Below are positions 46,207 to 55,568 of a stretch of 64,000 bases of DNA, piece after piece; the stretch's first letter is position 1, and each line of letters opens with the position of its first letter. A program made the translations under genes and the position numbers. This stretch comes from Gammaproteobacteria bacterium (GTDB taxonomy: Bacteria > Pseudomonadota > Gammaproteobacteria > Pseudomonadales > Halieaceae), in assembly GCA_030426545.1 (NCBI GenBank), contig JAUHYL010000012.1:5637-69636 (forward strand), in the 5' to 3' direction. Under the pieces are notes generated by a model. That model made no database searches. It was given only the letters and a program-made list of their open reading frames with translations, and was not told where the DNA came from.

Positions 46207-46980
46207 GTGACTACCGTGCTGAGTGAAAAACACGACGGCTACGCCATCATTACCCTGAACCGACCGGACGCAATGAACGCGCTGTCACGCGAGCTGCGTG
46301 CAGACTTCATCGCCGCCTTCCAGGACTGCACGGAGGATGCCAGCGTTCGCGTGATCATCCTGACCGGTGCGGGCCCGGCATTCTGTGCAGGTTTCGATCT
46401 GAAGGAACTGGGTTCAGGTGCCACTGACAACACCGCGGACGAGGTAAACAATGCGGTGGCGCGCGCCATGGAAGCCTTTGACGGGCCGATCATCGGCGCC
46501 ATCAACGGCCACTGCATCACCGGCGGCTTCGAGATGGCATTGGCCTGCGACATCCTGATCGCCTCGGAGAAGGCGCGCTTTGCGGATACCCACGCACGTG
46601 TCGGCATGCTGCCCGGCTGGGGTCTGAGTCAGAAGCTGCCGCGACTTATCGGACTTTCACGCGCGAGGGAGATCGCCTTCACGGGCGCGCCCATTGATGC
46701 GCAGCAAGCCTACCAGTGGGGCCTGGTGAATCATGTGACAGCCGAGGACGACCTGTTGCCCAGAGCACGAGAAATGGCCGAGAACATTTGTGGCTGCGTG
46801 CCGGAGGTCCTGTCCCGTTACCGCAAGTTGATTGACCAGGGTTACAACATGCCGCTGAATGAAGCCCTGCGCTGGGAAGAAGCGGAGGCAATAGAGTGGG
46901 CGAAGCTGGCCACCGGGGCCATGATCGAACAGCGGCGCGAGCAGGTGATCGAAAAGGGGCGCAGTGAGAAAAAGAAGTAG
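46207..46980 (+). CDS. Enoyl-CoA hydratase/isomerase (crotonase)
   Basis: 'LNRPDAMNAL', 'AFCAGFDL', 'GHCITGGFE', 'ARFADTH'. Confidence 0.92.
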   Translation: MTTVLSEKHDGYAIITLNRPDAMNALSRELRADFIAAFQDCTEDASVRVIILTGAGPAFCAGFDLKELGSGATDNTADEVNNAVARAMEAFDGPIIGAINGHCITGGFEMALACDILIASEKARFADTHARVGMLPGWGLSQKLPRLIGLSRAREIAFTGAPIDAQQAYQWGLVNHVTAEDDLLPRAREMAENICGCVPEVLSRYRKLIDQGYNMPLNEALRWEEAEAIEWAKLATGAMIEQRREQVIEKGRSEKKK

Positions 46981-46986
46981 CGACAC

Positions 46987-47211
46987 CTACTGTTTCCTCG
47001 TGCCCTCCGCCTCCAGCACCTCGCGGCGTTGACGCTCGTACTCATCATAGGGTTGCCCGTACTCGCGCATACACGCCTCGTACTGCCCCTGGGGGAGTTT
47101 GGCGCACTCCTCCTGTTGGCGGTTTTCCTGCACGGCGTTATACACCTGCTCATGCGTGCAGGCACCCAGCAGGCAGACAAGTAATGCCGGGAGCAATCGG
47201 TTCAATCGCAT
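46987..47211 (-). CDS. Small hypothetical lipoprotein
   Basis: Lipobox 'LLGAC'; 'VYNAVQEN...EC..LPQ..YEAC...Y..PYDEY.RQR'. Confidence 0.65.
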   Translation of the reverse strand: MRLNRLLPALLVCLLGACTHEQVYNAVQENRQQEECAKLPQGQYEACMREYGQPYDEYERQRREVLEAEGTRKQ

Positions 47212-47252
47212 TTTCTTCCGCTCCAACTTAACGGCCGACAGCGTATCGCCAC

Positions 47253-47678
47253 TCAGAAATAGCCTTCCATCAGGTCGTCGAACTCCCAGAACGCACGCAG
47301 CGACAAGACCTTGCCGTCATCGTTCACCCGGTACAACATCACCAGTTCACAGCGCGCCACCGCGCCATCCGCGCTGCGCGTGGTGATGGTGCCCACGTTG
47401 GCACATTCATCGCCGGCGGCGAAGGATTCGCGAATATGAAAGCGCACATCCCCCTGCGCGATCACGTTATCGTAGAAGGCAGTGATTGCCTCGATACCTC
47501 GGTGACCCTCGCCCTCCGGATCCAGCGGCGAAACACCGACAGGATCCTGCAACAGGCCATCCTCGTGCCACATGGCAAGCCAGCCCTCCCGGTCTTTTGT
47601 CTCGACAGCCACGATGGATTTCATGGCGGCTGAGCGGGCCGGGTGCTCGCGTTTGCTTTCCAGGTAACTGATGGACAC
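47253..47678 (-). CDS. SnoaL/ketosteroid-isomerase-like NTF2 protein
   Basis: GTG 47678 with a GGAG RBS; 'DPVG.SPLD', 'YRVNDDGKVLSLRAFWE'. Confidence 0.82.
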   Translation of the reverse strand: MSISYLESKREHPARSAAMKSIVAVETKDREGWLAMWHEDGLLQDPVGVSPLDPEGEGHRGIEAITAFYDNVIAQGDVRFHIRESFAAGDECANVGTITTRSADGAVARCELVMLYRVNDDGKVLSLRAFWEFDDLMEGYF

Positions 47679-47841
47679 GGTTATCTCTCCTTGTCGTACG
47701 CAGTGCTGGGAAAGATACCCTTGCCGGGACAAATATTCATCCCCCAGGCCACGGTGAAAACACTGAACCCGACAATGCGCCACGCTCGTCACAGCAGACT
47801 GAACCAGATCGGCTTTCGCCGCCCTCGCCCACCAACAAACT

Positions 47842-47866
47842 GCGGGGGCTCGCGTATAATCCCCGC
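47842..47866 (+). promoter_or_regulatory. Consensus -10 (TATAAT, 47855-47860) inside a GCGGGG-N13-CCCCGC inverted repeat
   Basis: Seen directly, 45 bp upstream of the ATG at 47906; no good -35. Confidence 0.4.
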
Positions 47867-47905
47867 CATGGCAATTCGATTCACACCCATCACAAGAGGT
47901 GCTTC

Positions 47906-48673
47906 ATGGCGCGACTATCAGGCAAGGTAGCAATTGTAACCGGCGGTTCCAGGGGCATGGGCGAGGCCACCGTGCGCGGGCTGGTCGCCGATGGCGCCAG
48001 CGTCGTTATCGGCGATGTTCTGGATGAGCCGGGCGAGGCACTGGCCGCCGAACTGGGCGATGCAGCGAGCTTCGTCCACATGGACGTCACCCGCAAGGCC
48101 GACTGGCAAAAGGCGGTGGAAGCCGCACAGGCAATGGGGCCACTGCACATACTGGTCAACAACGCCGCCATCGTCATGCAGAAAACCATCCTGGACACCA
48201 GCGAGGATGAGTTCATGAATATCGTGCGCATCAACCAGCTGGGCGTCTTCCTGGGCATGCAGTCGGTATTCGAAACCCTCAGGGACAATGGTGGCGGCTC
48301 AATCATCAACGTCTCCTCTATCGACGGCCTGCAATCGAAGAATTCACTGACCGCCTACTCGGGCACCAAGTGGGCCGTGCGCGGCATGACCAAAGCGGCA
48401 GCGCTGGAAATGGGCAAGTACAAAATCCGTGTGAACAGCGTGCACCCCGGTGGCATTTTCACATCCATGCACGGCAAGGAATTCATGTCGCAGGACGATG
48501 CGGACAAGTTCTACCAACACCATGCGCTACCCCGCGTGGGATTGCCGGAGGAAGTGGCGGCGGTTACCGTGTTTCTGGCCGGCGACGAAGCCAGCTACAG
48601 CACAGGGTCTGAGTTCATTGCCGACGGTGGCTGGAACGCGGGCATGGTTGAAGACGCGTTGCCGCAGCTCTAA
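47906..48673 (+). CDS. SDR, 3-alpha,20-beta-hydroxysteroid dehydrogenase-like
   Basis: 'TGGSRGMG', 'GDVL', 'INQLGVFLGM', 'YSGTKWAVRGMTK', 'RVNSVHPG'. Confidence 0.85.
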   Translation: MARLSGKVAIVTGGSRGMGEATVRGLVADGASVVIGDVLDEPGEALAAELGDAASFVHMDVTRKADWQKAVEAAQAMGPLHILVNNAAIVMQKTILDTSEDEFMNIVRINQLGVFLGMQSVFETLRDNGGGSIINVSSIDGLQSKNSLTAYSGTKWAVRGMTKAAALEMGKYKIRVNSVHPGGIFTSMHGKEFMSQDDADKFYQHHALPRVGLPEEVAAVTVFLAGDEASYSTGSEFIADGGWNAGMVEDALPQL

Positions 48674-48715
48674 GGCAGGCACTTACTCAACACGCAGGCA
48701 TCGGGAGGACGCATC

Positions 48716-49465
48716 ATGTTCAAGGGCGTGACATTCGACTACAGCGGCGCATCCGTGCTCATCACCGGCGGCACCAGCGGCATCGGTCTGGCCTGCGCCC
48801 AGGCGTACAAGGCCGCGGGTGCACACGTCTCGGTGACCGGGCGCGGCAGTGACCCGGCCGCCTATGACGCGGACCTGGCGCCGTTCGATTACTACTCGCT
48901 GGATGTAAACGACCGCGCGGCACTGATCGCGCTCGCCGAGTCGCTGGAATCGCTGGACATACTGGTCAACAACGCCGGTGGCTCGCAGGGTAACGAGTGG
49001 GAGCCAGACAGTTTTGACCGGTCGCTTGGCATCAACGTGGGTAGTGCCTTTCACCTCAGCAACGCCTGCAAGGATTTGCTCGCCGCGAGCGAGTTCCCCG
49101 GCGGTGCCAGCGTCATCGGGATTGCCTCGATGACGTCCTACTTTGGTTTCGAATGGACGCCGGGCTACGGCGTGGCCAAGGCCGGTCTGGTGCAACTGGT
49201 CAAGACGCTGGGCATGAGCTGGGGCAGGCTGGGCATTCGCGCCAACGCCGTTGCCGCCGGCCTCACCCGTTCCAATCTCACCGCGCCGGTCATCGACGAT
49301 ATGCCGGACATGGTGGACGAAACCCTCAGGCGTCAGGGGCTGAAGCGCACCGGGATTCCCGAAGATATCGCCGCCGCCGTGCTGTTCCTGACCTCCCCCG
49401 CCGCAGCCTGGATTACCGGGCAAACACTACCGGTGGATGGTGGCTTCACCACGGGGATGAACTAG
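48716..49465 (+). CDS. SDR family oxidoreductase
   Basis: TGGTSGIG, VNNAG, YGVAK. Confidence 0.92.
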   Translation: MFKGVTFDYSGASVLITGGTSGIGLACAQAYKAAGAHVSVTGRGSDPAAYDADLAPFDYYSLDVNDRAALIALAESLESLDILVNNAGGSQGNEWEPDSFDRSLGINVGSAFHLSNACKDLLAASEFPGGASVIGIASMTSYFGFEWTPGYGVAKAGLVQLVKTLGMSWGRLGIRANAVAAGLTRSNLTAPVIDDMPDMVDETLRRQGLKRTGIPEDIAAAVLFLTSPAAAWITGQTLPVDGGFTTGMN

Positions 49466-49481
49466 GACGCGCTGAGAGCAG

Positions 49482-51206
49482 CTAGAACGGAAAGATGCGC
49501 GGGATAAGAAAAATCACCACGCTGGAGTAAACCAGCGAAACCGGCAGCCCGGCGCGAAAGTAGTCGCGGAACTCGTAACCGCCAAGGTTCTGCACCATCA
49601 GGTTGGTGGTGTAGCCGTAAGGTGTCATGAAGCTGGCGCTGGCGCCGTAGGCCACCGCCATCACAAAGGGCATGTAGCTCACACCGAAACTTTCCGCCAG
49701 GCCAAAGGCGACAGGGAACGCCAGCGCCGCGGCAGCGTTGTTGGTCATGGTCTCGGTCAGCAACAGCGTGCCCAGGTAAATCCCCGCCATCGCCCCCCAG
49801 GGCCCCAGTACCGAGAGATTCTGGTGCAGCGTGTCTGCCAGCAATGCGACGGCACCGGAATTGGTCAGCGCCTGCGACAGGGTCAGCGCCGAGGCAATGA
49901 TCAACCACAGTTCAAACGGGAAGCGGCGCCGCAGTTCTGAGCCACCGACCACACCTAGCGCGAGCATCATGACCAATAGCCCCGCCACACCCTTGATCAG
50001 CGGAACAATATCCAGCGTCGCCAGTGCGATAACCAGGAACAGGCCGGCGGTAACGAGTGTGTTTTGCAGGGGCGTGACACGCGCCTCGCCCACCGCTTCA
50101 TCCACCACGACAAAATTTTTGTCGAGGTTCTTGCGCTCGTTAAAGTCCGGGCCTACCGCCAGCATCATGCTGTCCCCGGCCTGGATAGTGATATTCCCCA
50201 ACTTGCCGGAGAGGCGCTTACCACCGCGCCGCATACCGACCACGGCGGCATCAAACTGTGACCGGAAGGCACTCTCCTTGATCGTTCTGCCCTCGATGGT
50301 GGCGTTGGGCATGACGATCACTTCAATCATGTTTTCCCGCAGCAACCCTTCCTCTACCGCGAACAGGCGCAGGCCGTCGAACTGCTCCAGCGTTTGAACC
50401 TGTTTGATATCGCCGGAGAAAATCAGTTTGTCACCCGCGCGAATCCGCTGTTGCGGCGCGACCGGTGAAAGCAGGTAGTCGCCGCGCACGATCTCCACCA
50501 GGAACAGGTCTTCCAGGTCACGCAGCTTGTTCTCAAGAATGGTTTTGCCAATCAGGTTCGAGGCTTCGCTGACCTCCGCTTCGATCACGTACTCGTTGAC
50601 GTCTATGGTTTCCGTGCGACCGATGGGCAGCAGGCGTGAGCTGAGCAGGATCACGACAAGGCCGCAAACGGTGGCCGTTCCGCCGACCAGCAGAAAATCG
50701 AAAAAGGCCAGGCCCTCGCCCGTTGCATCCTCCAGGAAACTACTGACGATCAGGTTGGTGGAGGTACCGATCAAGGTCATGGTGCCACCCAGGATGGCGG
50801 CATAGGACAGCGGTATCAGCAGCTTGGAAACCGCGTGATGACGATTGGTACGCACCGTGTGCGCCAGTGTCGCGACCACGGCAGTGTTGTTCACCAGCGC
50901 CGAGAACAAAGCCGTTGCCGCGCCCAGGCGCAGCACGCTGCTGGTATAGCTGGGTGTTATCAGCGAATTCGACAGACGACTGAGCCAGGACAGCTTCTCC
51001 AGCCCGGTGGACACGAGCAACAGCAGCACCAGCGTAACCACGCCGGTGTTCGTCGCCTTCTCCAGTACCTGCGCGGTCTCAACCAGGCCGAAGAAGTAAG
51101 CCACCAACATGGTGCTAACAAAGACCCAGACTGCAGACCAGTGGGTGAAGATAAGACAGTACAGCAGGACGCCGAAAAGCACGGCGACCAGCACCTGATC
51201 AAACAT
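49482..51206 (-). CDS. SLC13 family permease with two TrkA-C domains
   Basis: Likely start ATG 51206; 'SALVNNTAVV', 'LIGTSTNLIV', two TrkA-C-like repeats, 'ETMTNNAAAAL', 'FMTPYGYTTNLMV'. Confidence 0.9.
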   Translation of the reverse strand: MFDQVLVAVLFGVLLYCLIFTHWSAVWVFVSTMLVAYFFGLVETAQVLEKATNTGVVTLVLLLLVSTGLEKLSWLSRLSNSLITPSYTSSVLRLGAATALFSALVNNTAVVATLAHTVRTNRHHAVSKLLIPLSYAAILGGTMTLIGTSTNLIVSSFLEDATGEGLAFFDFLLVGGTATVCGLVVILLSSRLLPIGRTETIDVNEYVIEAEVSEASNLIGKTILENKLRDLEDLFLVEIVRGDYLLSPVAPQQRIRAGDKLIFSGDIKQVQTLEQFDGLRLFAVEEGLLRENMIEVIVMPNATIEGRTIKESAFRSQFDAAVVGMRRGGKRLSGKLGNITIQAGDSMMLAVGPDFNERKNLDKNFVVVDEAVGEARVTPLQNTLVTAGLFLVIALATLDIVPLIKGVAGLLVMMLALGVVGGSELRRRFPFELWLIIASALTLSQALTNSGAVALLADTLHQNLSVLGPWGAMAGIYLGTLLLTETMTNNAAAALAFPVAFGLAESFGVSYMPFVMAVAYGASASFMTPYGYTTNLMVQNLGGYEFRDYFRAGLPVSLVYSSVVIFLIPRIFPF

Positions 51207-51345
51207 TGAGCAAATCCACGGCCCGGTGATAAGCGCAAAGGATACGCGCAGGAGGGGCCAGGCCACAATAGCCAGCGCACGGGACAAACTGCCACGTCAA
51301 TGGGCTACACTGTTACGCCGATACCGTCACAGTGCCCCTGCGCCC

Positions 51346-51987
51346 ATGAACAAACGTGTCTCCTCGCTGCTCCTGTTGCTGGCGCTGACCGCAGCCGTCG
51401 TCTACCTGTTCCGCGCCGAGCTGCTGGGTGGCTACCACATGCTGCAGGTGGGTGACATGTTCGTGGCCGCCGACAATGACAGCTTTGATCCCGGGCCGGC
51501 AACAGGCTCGCGTTTCCCCGGCCTACGGGCTGAATTCGGGGGACGTGAAATTACGCTGCTCAACGAGTTTGCCGGCCCCAACGGCACCGTGCTGATTGTG
51601 GAGCGAGACCCGGACCTTTCGCCGTTCGCCCGGCGCAATCTTTACGCGCTGCCGGAGATTGTGCCCGAGTTACGCAGCGCCGGCATTGGCATGGTCGCCC
51701 TGCTGCCCGCCCTGCGCAGTCCCAGCGATCGGCGCATCAGCGGCACGGTGCCCTATCCGGTACTGCACGACCACAGCGATGCACTGAGTGCACGAACCCT
51801 GGGCCTGCTGGACACCGACAGGAACGCCATCGATTTCGACTACCTGGCACCCTATCCGGGGGCGATACTGGTCGATGCGCAGGGCAACGTCGCGGGGCGG
51901 CTGTTCCTGCGCGACAGCAGCAAGCGTCTCGAACCGTGGGCGCTGCGCAGGCTGGCCATCGAGACACTCAACCCGGCGAGCCCGTGA
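51346..51987 (+). CDS. Membrane-anchored peroxiredoxin/redoxin-fold protein lacking cysteines
   Basis: Likely start ATG 51346; N-terminal TM; AhpC/TSA-like layout ('GPATGSRFP', 'GPNGTVLIV', 'PYPVLHD', 'PYPGAILVDAQGNV'); contains no Cys. Confidence 0.6.
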   Translation: MNKRVSSLLLLLALTAAVVYLFRAELLGGYHMLQVGDMFVAADNDSFDPGPATGSRFPGLRAEFGGREITLLNEFAGPNGTVLIVERDPDLSPFARRNLYALPEIVPELRSAGIGMVALLPALRSPSDRRISGTVPYPVLHDHSDALSARTLGLLDTDRNAIDFDYLAPYPGAILVDAQGNVAGRLFLRDSSKRLEPWALRRLAIETLNPASP

Positions 51988-52033
51988 ATATGCCGGAAAA
52001 AAGCCACCACCAGCGTCAGGTACCAGGCAGGCA

Positions 52034-52705
52034 GTGAGCGAATCAGCGCACAACAAACATGCAAGTCGCTCCGCGCGAACGCGAGAGCAATTCATGCGTG
52101 CTGCAGAGAAGCTGTTCGCCAGTCGCAGTATCGATTCCGTGTCACTGAATGAAATTACCGTGGCCGCCGGCCAGAAAAATCGCACGGCATTGCGCTACCA
52201 CTTTGGCTCAAGAGACGGGCTGTTGCAGGCGATCATCGACCGGCACGCGATCGTGGTGCACGCACTGCGCCGCGAGTACTTCGACACGCCGGGCAACGAT
52301 GCAGGCAGCGCCTGCCGCGTGGCAGCGCGGGCCCTGGTACTGCCACTGGGGCGTCATATCGAAACGGATGCGTGCGGGGCGCACTACGTGAAAATCCTGT
52401 CACAGCTGGCGGCGCTGAACAGCAAGATCGTCAATCCGGCCTCGCGCTCGGCACTTTCGTTTCACACGGATGAACAGCTGACCGCTGTTATGGAAGAGGC
52501 CGTCGCGCACCTGCCGCACGAGGAAGCGCAGCGCCGATTCTTTCTTTTACTCAGCATAACCTTCCACGGGCTGGCGGATATCTGCCGCGCCGCCGAAGCA
52601 GATAACGTGGCCAACACGCTGACTCAGCGCAGTGCCATGATCGAGCAAGTCGCACTGGCGGTAGAGAGCCTGCTGGCCGCACCGGCTGTGACGCGGGCGA
52701 CATAG
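52034..52705 (+). CDS. TetR/AcrR family transcriptional regulator
   Basis: Likely GTG 52034; HTH 'VSLNEITVAAGQKNRTALRYHFGSRDGL'. Confidence 0.88.
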   Translation: MSESAHNKHASRSARTREQFMRAAEKLFASRSIDSVSLNEITVAAGQKNRTALRYHFGSRDGLLQAIIDRHAIVVHALRREYFDTPGNDAGSACRVAARALVLPLGRHIETDACGAHYVKILSQLAALNSKIVNPASRSALSFHTDEQLTAVMEEAVAHLPHEEAQRRFFLLLSITFHGLADICRAAEADNVANTLTQRSAMIEQVALAVESLLAAPAVTRAT

Positions 52706-52743
52706 GCCCCGTCAAAAAATCCGTCAGCTACTGCCTCGAAGGG

Positions 52744-54720
52744 CTAGGGCCCGGCGTTTTTCAACGCCGCGGTCGGCGCGGCGCCGCCGGGAGGCGTATA
52801 CCAGATCGGTGACGTCCAGGCGCGCTCCTGCACCACAGGCTTGTGTTCAGCGGCACAGCAGGCTTCCAGCCCTTCACCGATCGTCCGGGTATCGGCGCAG
52901 TTCACGCCGCTGGCAGCACACAGTCGTTGACTCCAGCGGCAGCTCGGATTCTCCACAGTCCTGGCGTAGTAATAAGCCGACTCAGCAGGATCAAAACCCT
53001 CATCAGTCCACACGGCGCACAGTTGCTCGAAGCCCTTTCCACGGGTCTCGCAGGTCGCGGTGTCAACACTGGCGCCATTGTTGGCGTCCCCGGCGACGTC
53101 AATGACCTCCTCACGGTACTCACCCGACGCCAACAGGCGGCCCTTGATGACTTGCAGACGCTGCAGTGGCACACCCGTGCTGCCCGACGTACCCGCATCC
53201 TGTTGTGACAACAGCAGGAAGCGAGGTTTGTCCCCGGCATCCGACGCATCGGCAGCCAGTTCCGCACCCATCGGCACACCGCTTGCGTAGGCCCGTTCTA
53301 TGCGGTCTGTCTGCTGGCACAAGTCCTCGGCATAGTCCCACCCGGCAAAAAAGCGGCTGACGATACGCGGACCGCTGGTCGCATAGCTTTCCCTGCGCCG
53401 CATGGCATCAAACAACGCATCGCGACTATTTTCCTCTGCCCACAACACCGCAAGGCCACCGGGGTTGTACTCCAGCTTGTCGGGCAGGCCGGGCGGTATG
53501 CGCTTGCGAGCCGGCACACCGGCACCGCCGTGGCCCAGGAAGTCGTCCTCCTGCACCGCACCGGGCGTGCCCAGGTGCGTATCCGTGCTGGCAATGAAGC
53601 CAAACTGGTACGGGTTTACGCCAAGGCGGTGCTGCAAAGCCATGCCCTCGCCCAGCGCCTCACGCACAAAGCCGGTATCGGGCTGCGGTGGATTGGGATA
53701 CCCGGCGATATTGTCTTCAGGTAGTTGTTCAAAGGCGCACAGTTCGTCTTCTGTGACGCCGGGCTTGAAGTAACACTCGGAGGCGCCCTTGTGCTGCATG
53801 ATTTCTACCAGCGGCTCAAACCGCGCCCGGGTTGCTGCATACTCTGCCTGCATGGGCTCACCGTCAGCGCCCAGGCCGTCAAACATAGCGCCGGCACTGA
53901 GGTTTGAATTGTGCGGAATCACCAGCGCGTCACAGTGACCCGCGGCCTGCAGGCACTGCGCGTCCAGCGCATCCCACAATTTGTCCGGCGCCGGCCCGTC
54001 GATGTAACTGAAAGGCAGCTCAGGTACCTGCGCATTGCGGAACACGACGTTGCGGTGCAGGTTGCCGCCAGAAGCGGGCTGCACCCCGGTCCACTCATAG
54101 CCGACGAAAGCTGTGAAGTCACACTCGGAGCTGCGGTCATAATGCGTCTCAGCCGCCTCGCGCATTTCGCTCCAGGGCTGCCGCGCAGCATCCAGACACA
54201 GCTGTGCATCTTCGCCGCACAGGCCAAGGTGGCTCGCCTTGATGGATGACATAAAGTTAAACAGGTAATAGGCGCCGCGCGGAAAATTGCGATAGAGCAT
54301 GCACTGCCAGGCGTTGTAGCCTTCCACCTCCGGCGTGTTACACATATACACTTCACCGATCAGTTCGGCGTGATCAGACACCATGGCGAAGTCCAGCGGT
54401 CGCGCCAGTTGCAGCGAGCGCAGCGCTGTATCCTCGTCAGTCCATGGCTGGATACCCACTCGCTTGCCGCGCGCGAACGCGTAGGCCTGGGCGGGTGTGG
54501 TACGGGTACCCTGGGTGCTGGCATCCAGTGAATAGCGCGTATGCACGTGAAGATCGCCAAAAAATGGCTGGCGCAGCGGATCGCGCACGGCGCAGGGTTG
54601 GCGCTGTTCCGAGTAGTCCATCGCGCTTGTCACCTGACTAAACACGGCCAGACCCAGCGCAAACAGCACGACGCGGTATAGCATCAGCCGTGGCCTCGGC
54701 CAACGAGATTCGAGCGTCAC
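52744..54720 (-). CDS. DUF3604 domain protein, paralog 2, with signal peptide
   Basis: 'FGDLHVHTRYSLDA', 'LARPLDFAMVSDHAE', 'HRNVVF', 'IPHNSN', 'STDTH', 'RRESYATSGPRI', 'QERAWTSPIWY'. Confidence 0.85.
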   Translation of the reverse strand: MTLESRWPRPRLMLYRVVLFALGLAVFSQVTSAMDYSEQRQPCAVRDPLRQPFFGDLHVHTRYSLDASTQGTRTTPAQAYAFARGKRVGIQPWTDEDTALRSLQLARPLDFAMVSDHAELIGEVYMCNTPEVEGYNAWQCMLYRNFPRGAYYLFNFMSSIKASHLGLCGEDAQLCLDAARQPWSEMREAAETHYDRSSECDFTAFVGYEWTGVQPASGGNLHRNVVFRNAQVPELPFSYIDGPAPDKLWDALDAQCLQAAGHCDALVIPHNSNLSAGAMFDGLGADGEPMQAEYAATRARFEPLVEIMQHKGASECYFKPGVTEDELCAFEQLPEDNIAGYPNPPQPDTGFVREALGEGMALQHRLGVNPYQFGFIASTDTHLGTPGAVQEDDFLGHGGAGVPARKRIPPGLPDKLEYNPGGLAVLWAEENSRDALFDAMRRRESYATSGPRIVSRFFAGWDYAEDLCQQTDRIERAYASGVPMGAELAADASDAGDKPRFLLLSQQDAGTSGSTGVPLQRLQVIKGRLLASGEYREEVIDVAGDANNGASVDTATCETRGKGFEQLCAVWTDEGFDPAESAYYYARTVENPSCRWSQRLCAASGVNCADTRTIGEGLEACCAAEHKPVVQERAWTSPIWYTPPGGAAPTAALKNAGP

Positions 54721-55541
54721 AACTCCCTCCCCGAGGTGGAGCCGTAGCGACGTGTCTGTGCATCCAGTGCGTCGAGAATGCCCTGGTGGCGCATCGCAAT
54801 AATATCGCGGTAGTCATCGTGGGTGATGATGTAGAACTCTCCGTCGCGCACGGCATCGATCACACGTTCACCGACCGCCAGTGGCGCAAGCCCGCTGGCG
54901 GTGTCCGGGGCCGGTTGCTGATGATCAATGCCTGAATCCAGCGCATCCGGACGCACCTCAAACGATTTGGTGGTCAACTGTGTATCGACCAGCCCCGGGC
55001 ACAGCACCGACACCCCGATGCCCTTGTCTGCGACTTCCATCAGCAGTGCCTCGGACAGCCCCACCACGGCGAACTTGGTGGTGGTATAGAGCCCTTCGGG
55101 CGGGCCGGAAATCAAACCGCCCATGGACGCGGTGTTTACGATATAGCCTTCACCCTGCTCCATTAACAGCGGCAAAAATGCCTTCACGCCGTGAATAACG
55201 CCGTACAGGTTGACGTTAATGAGAAATTGCCAGTCCTTGATGTCGGCATCGGCCATCAACGCGCCCAGCCACACACCGGCGTTGTTGCACAGCAGGTGAA
55301 CCGCGCCAAAATGCGCCAGTGCGGCGTCGCGCATCGCTTCGACGGATTGCAGGTCCGACACATCAACCTGGCAGGCCATGGCCTGTGCGCCGATATCCGC
55401 TGCTACTGCCTCTGCGCCCGCCAGGTCTATGTCTGCAACCAGCACCCGCATACCCGCCGCTGCCGCTGCCCTGGCAATGCCCTCGCCAATGCCCGAACCT
55501 GCGCCGGTAACAACGGCGACCTTATTTTCCAGTGACTGCAT
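54717..55541 (-). CDS. SDR family oxidoreductase (likely NAD-dependent)
   Basis: TGAGSGIG, ADID, CNNAGV, NTASMGG, YTTTK. Confidence 0.93.
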   Translation of the reverse strand: MQSLENKVAVVTGAGSGIGEGIARAAAAAGMRVLVADIDLAGAEAVAADIGAQAMACQVDVSDLQSVEAMRDAALAHFGAVHLLCNNAGVWLGALMADADIKDWQFLINVNLYGVIHGVKAFLPLLMEQGEGYIVNTASMGGLISGPPEGLYTTTKFAVVGLSEALLMEVADKGIGVSVLCPGLVDTQLTTKSFEVRPDALDSGIDHQQPAPDTASGLAPLAVGERVIDAVRDGEFYIITHDDYRDIIAMRHQGILDALDAQTRRYGSTSGREL

Positions 55542-55568
55542 GATTTACCTCTGAGTATTGCACCGCGA

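Noticed and set aside
51788-52033. Extended N-terminus of the second TetR
   Set aside because: Overlaps the upstream gene in another frame; the HTH starts shortly after GTG 52034.
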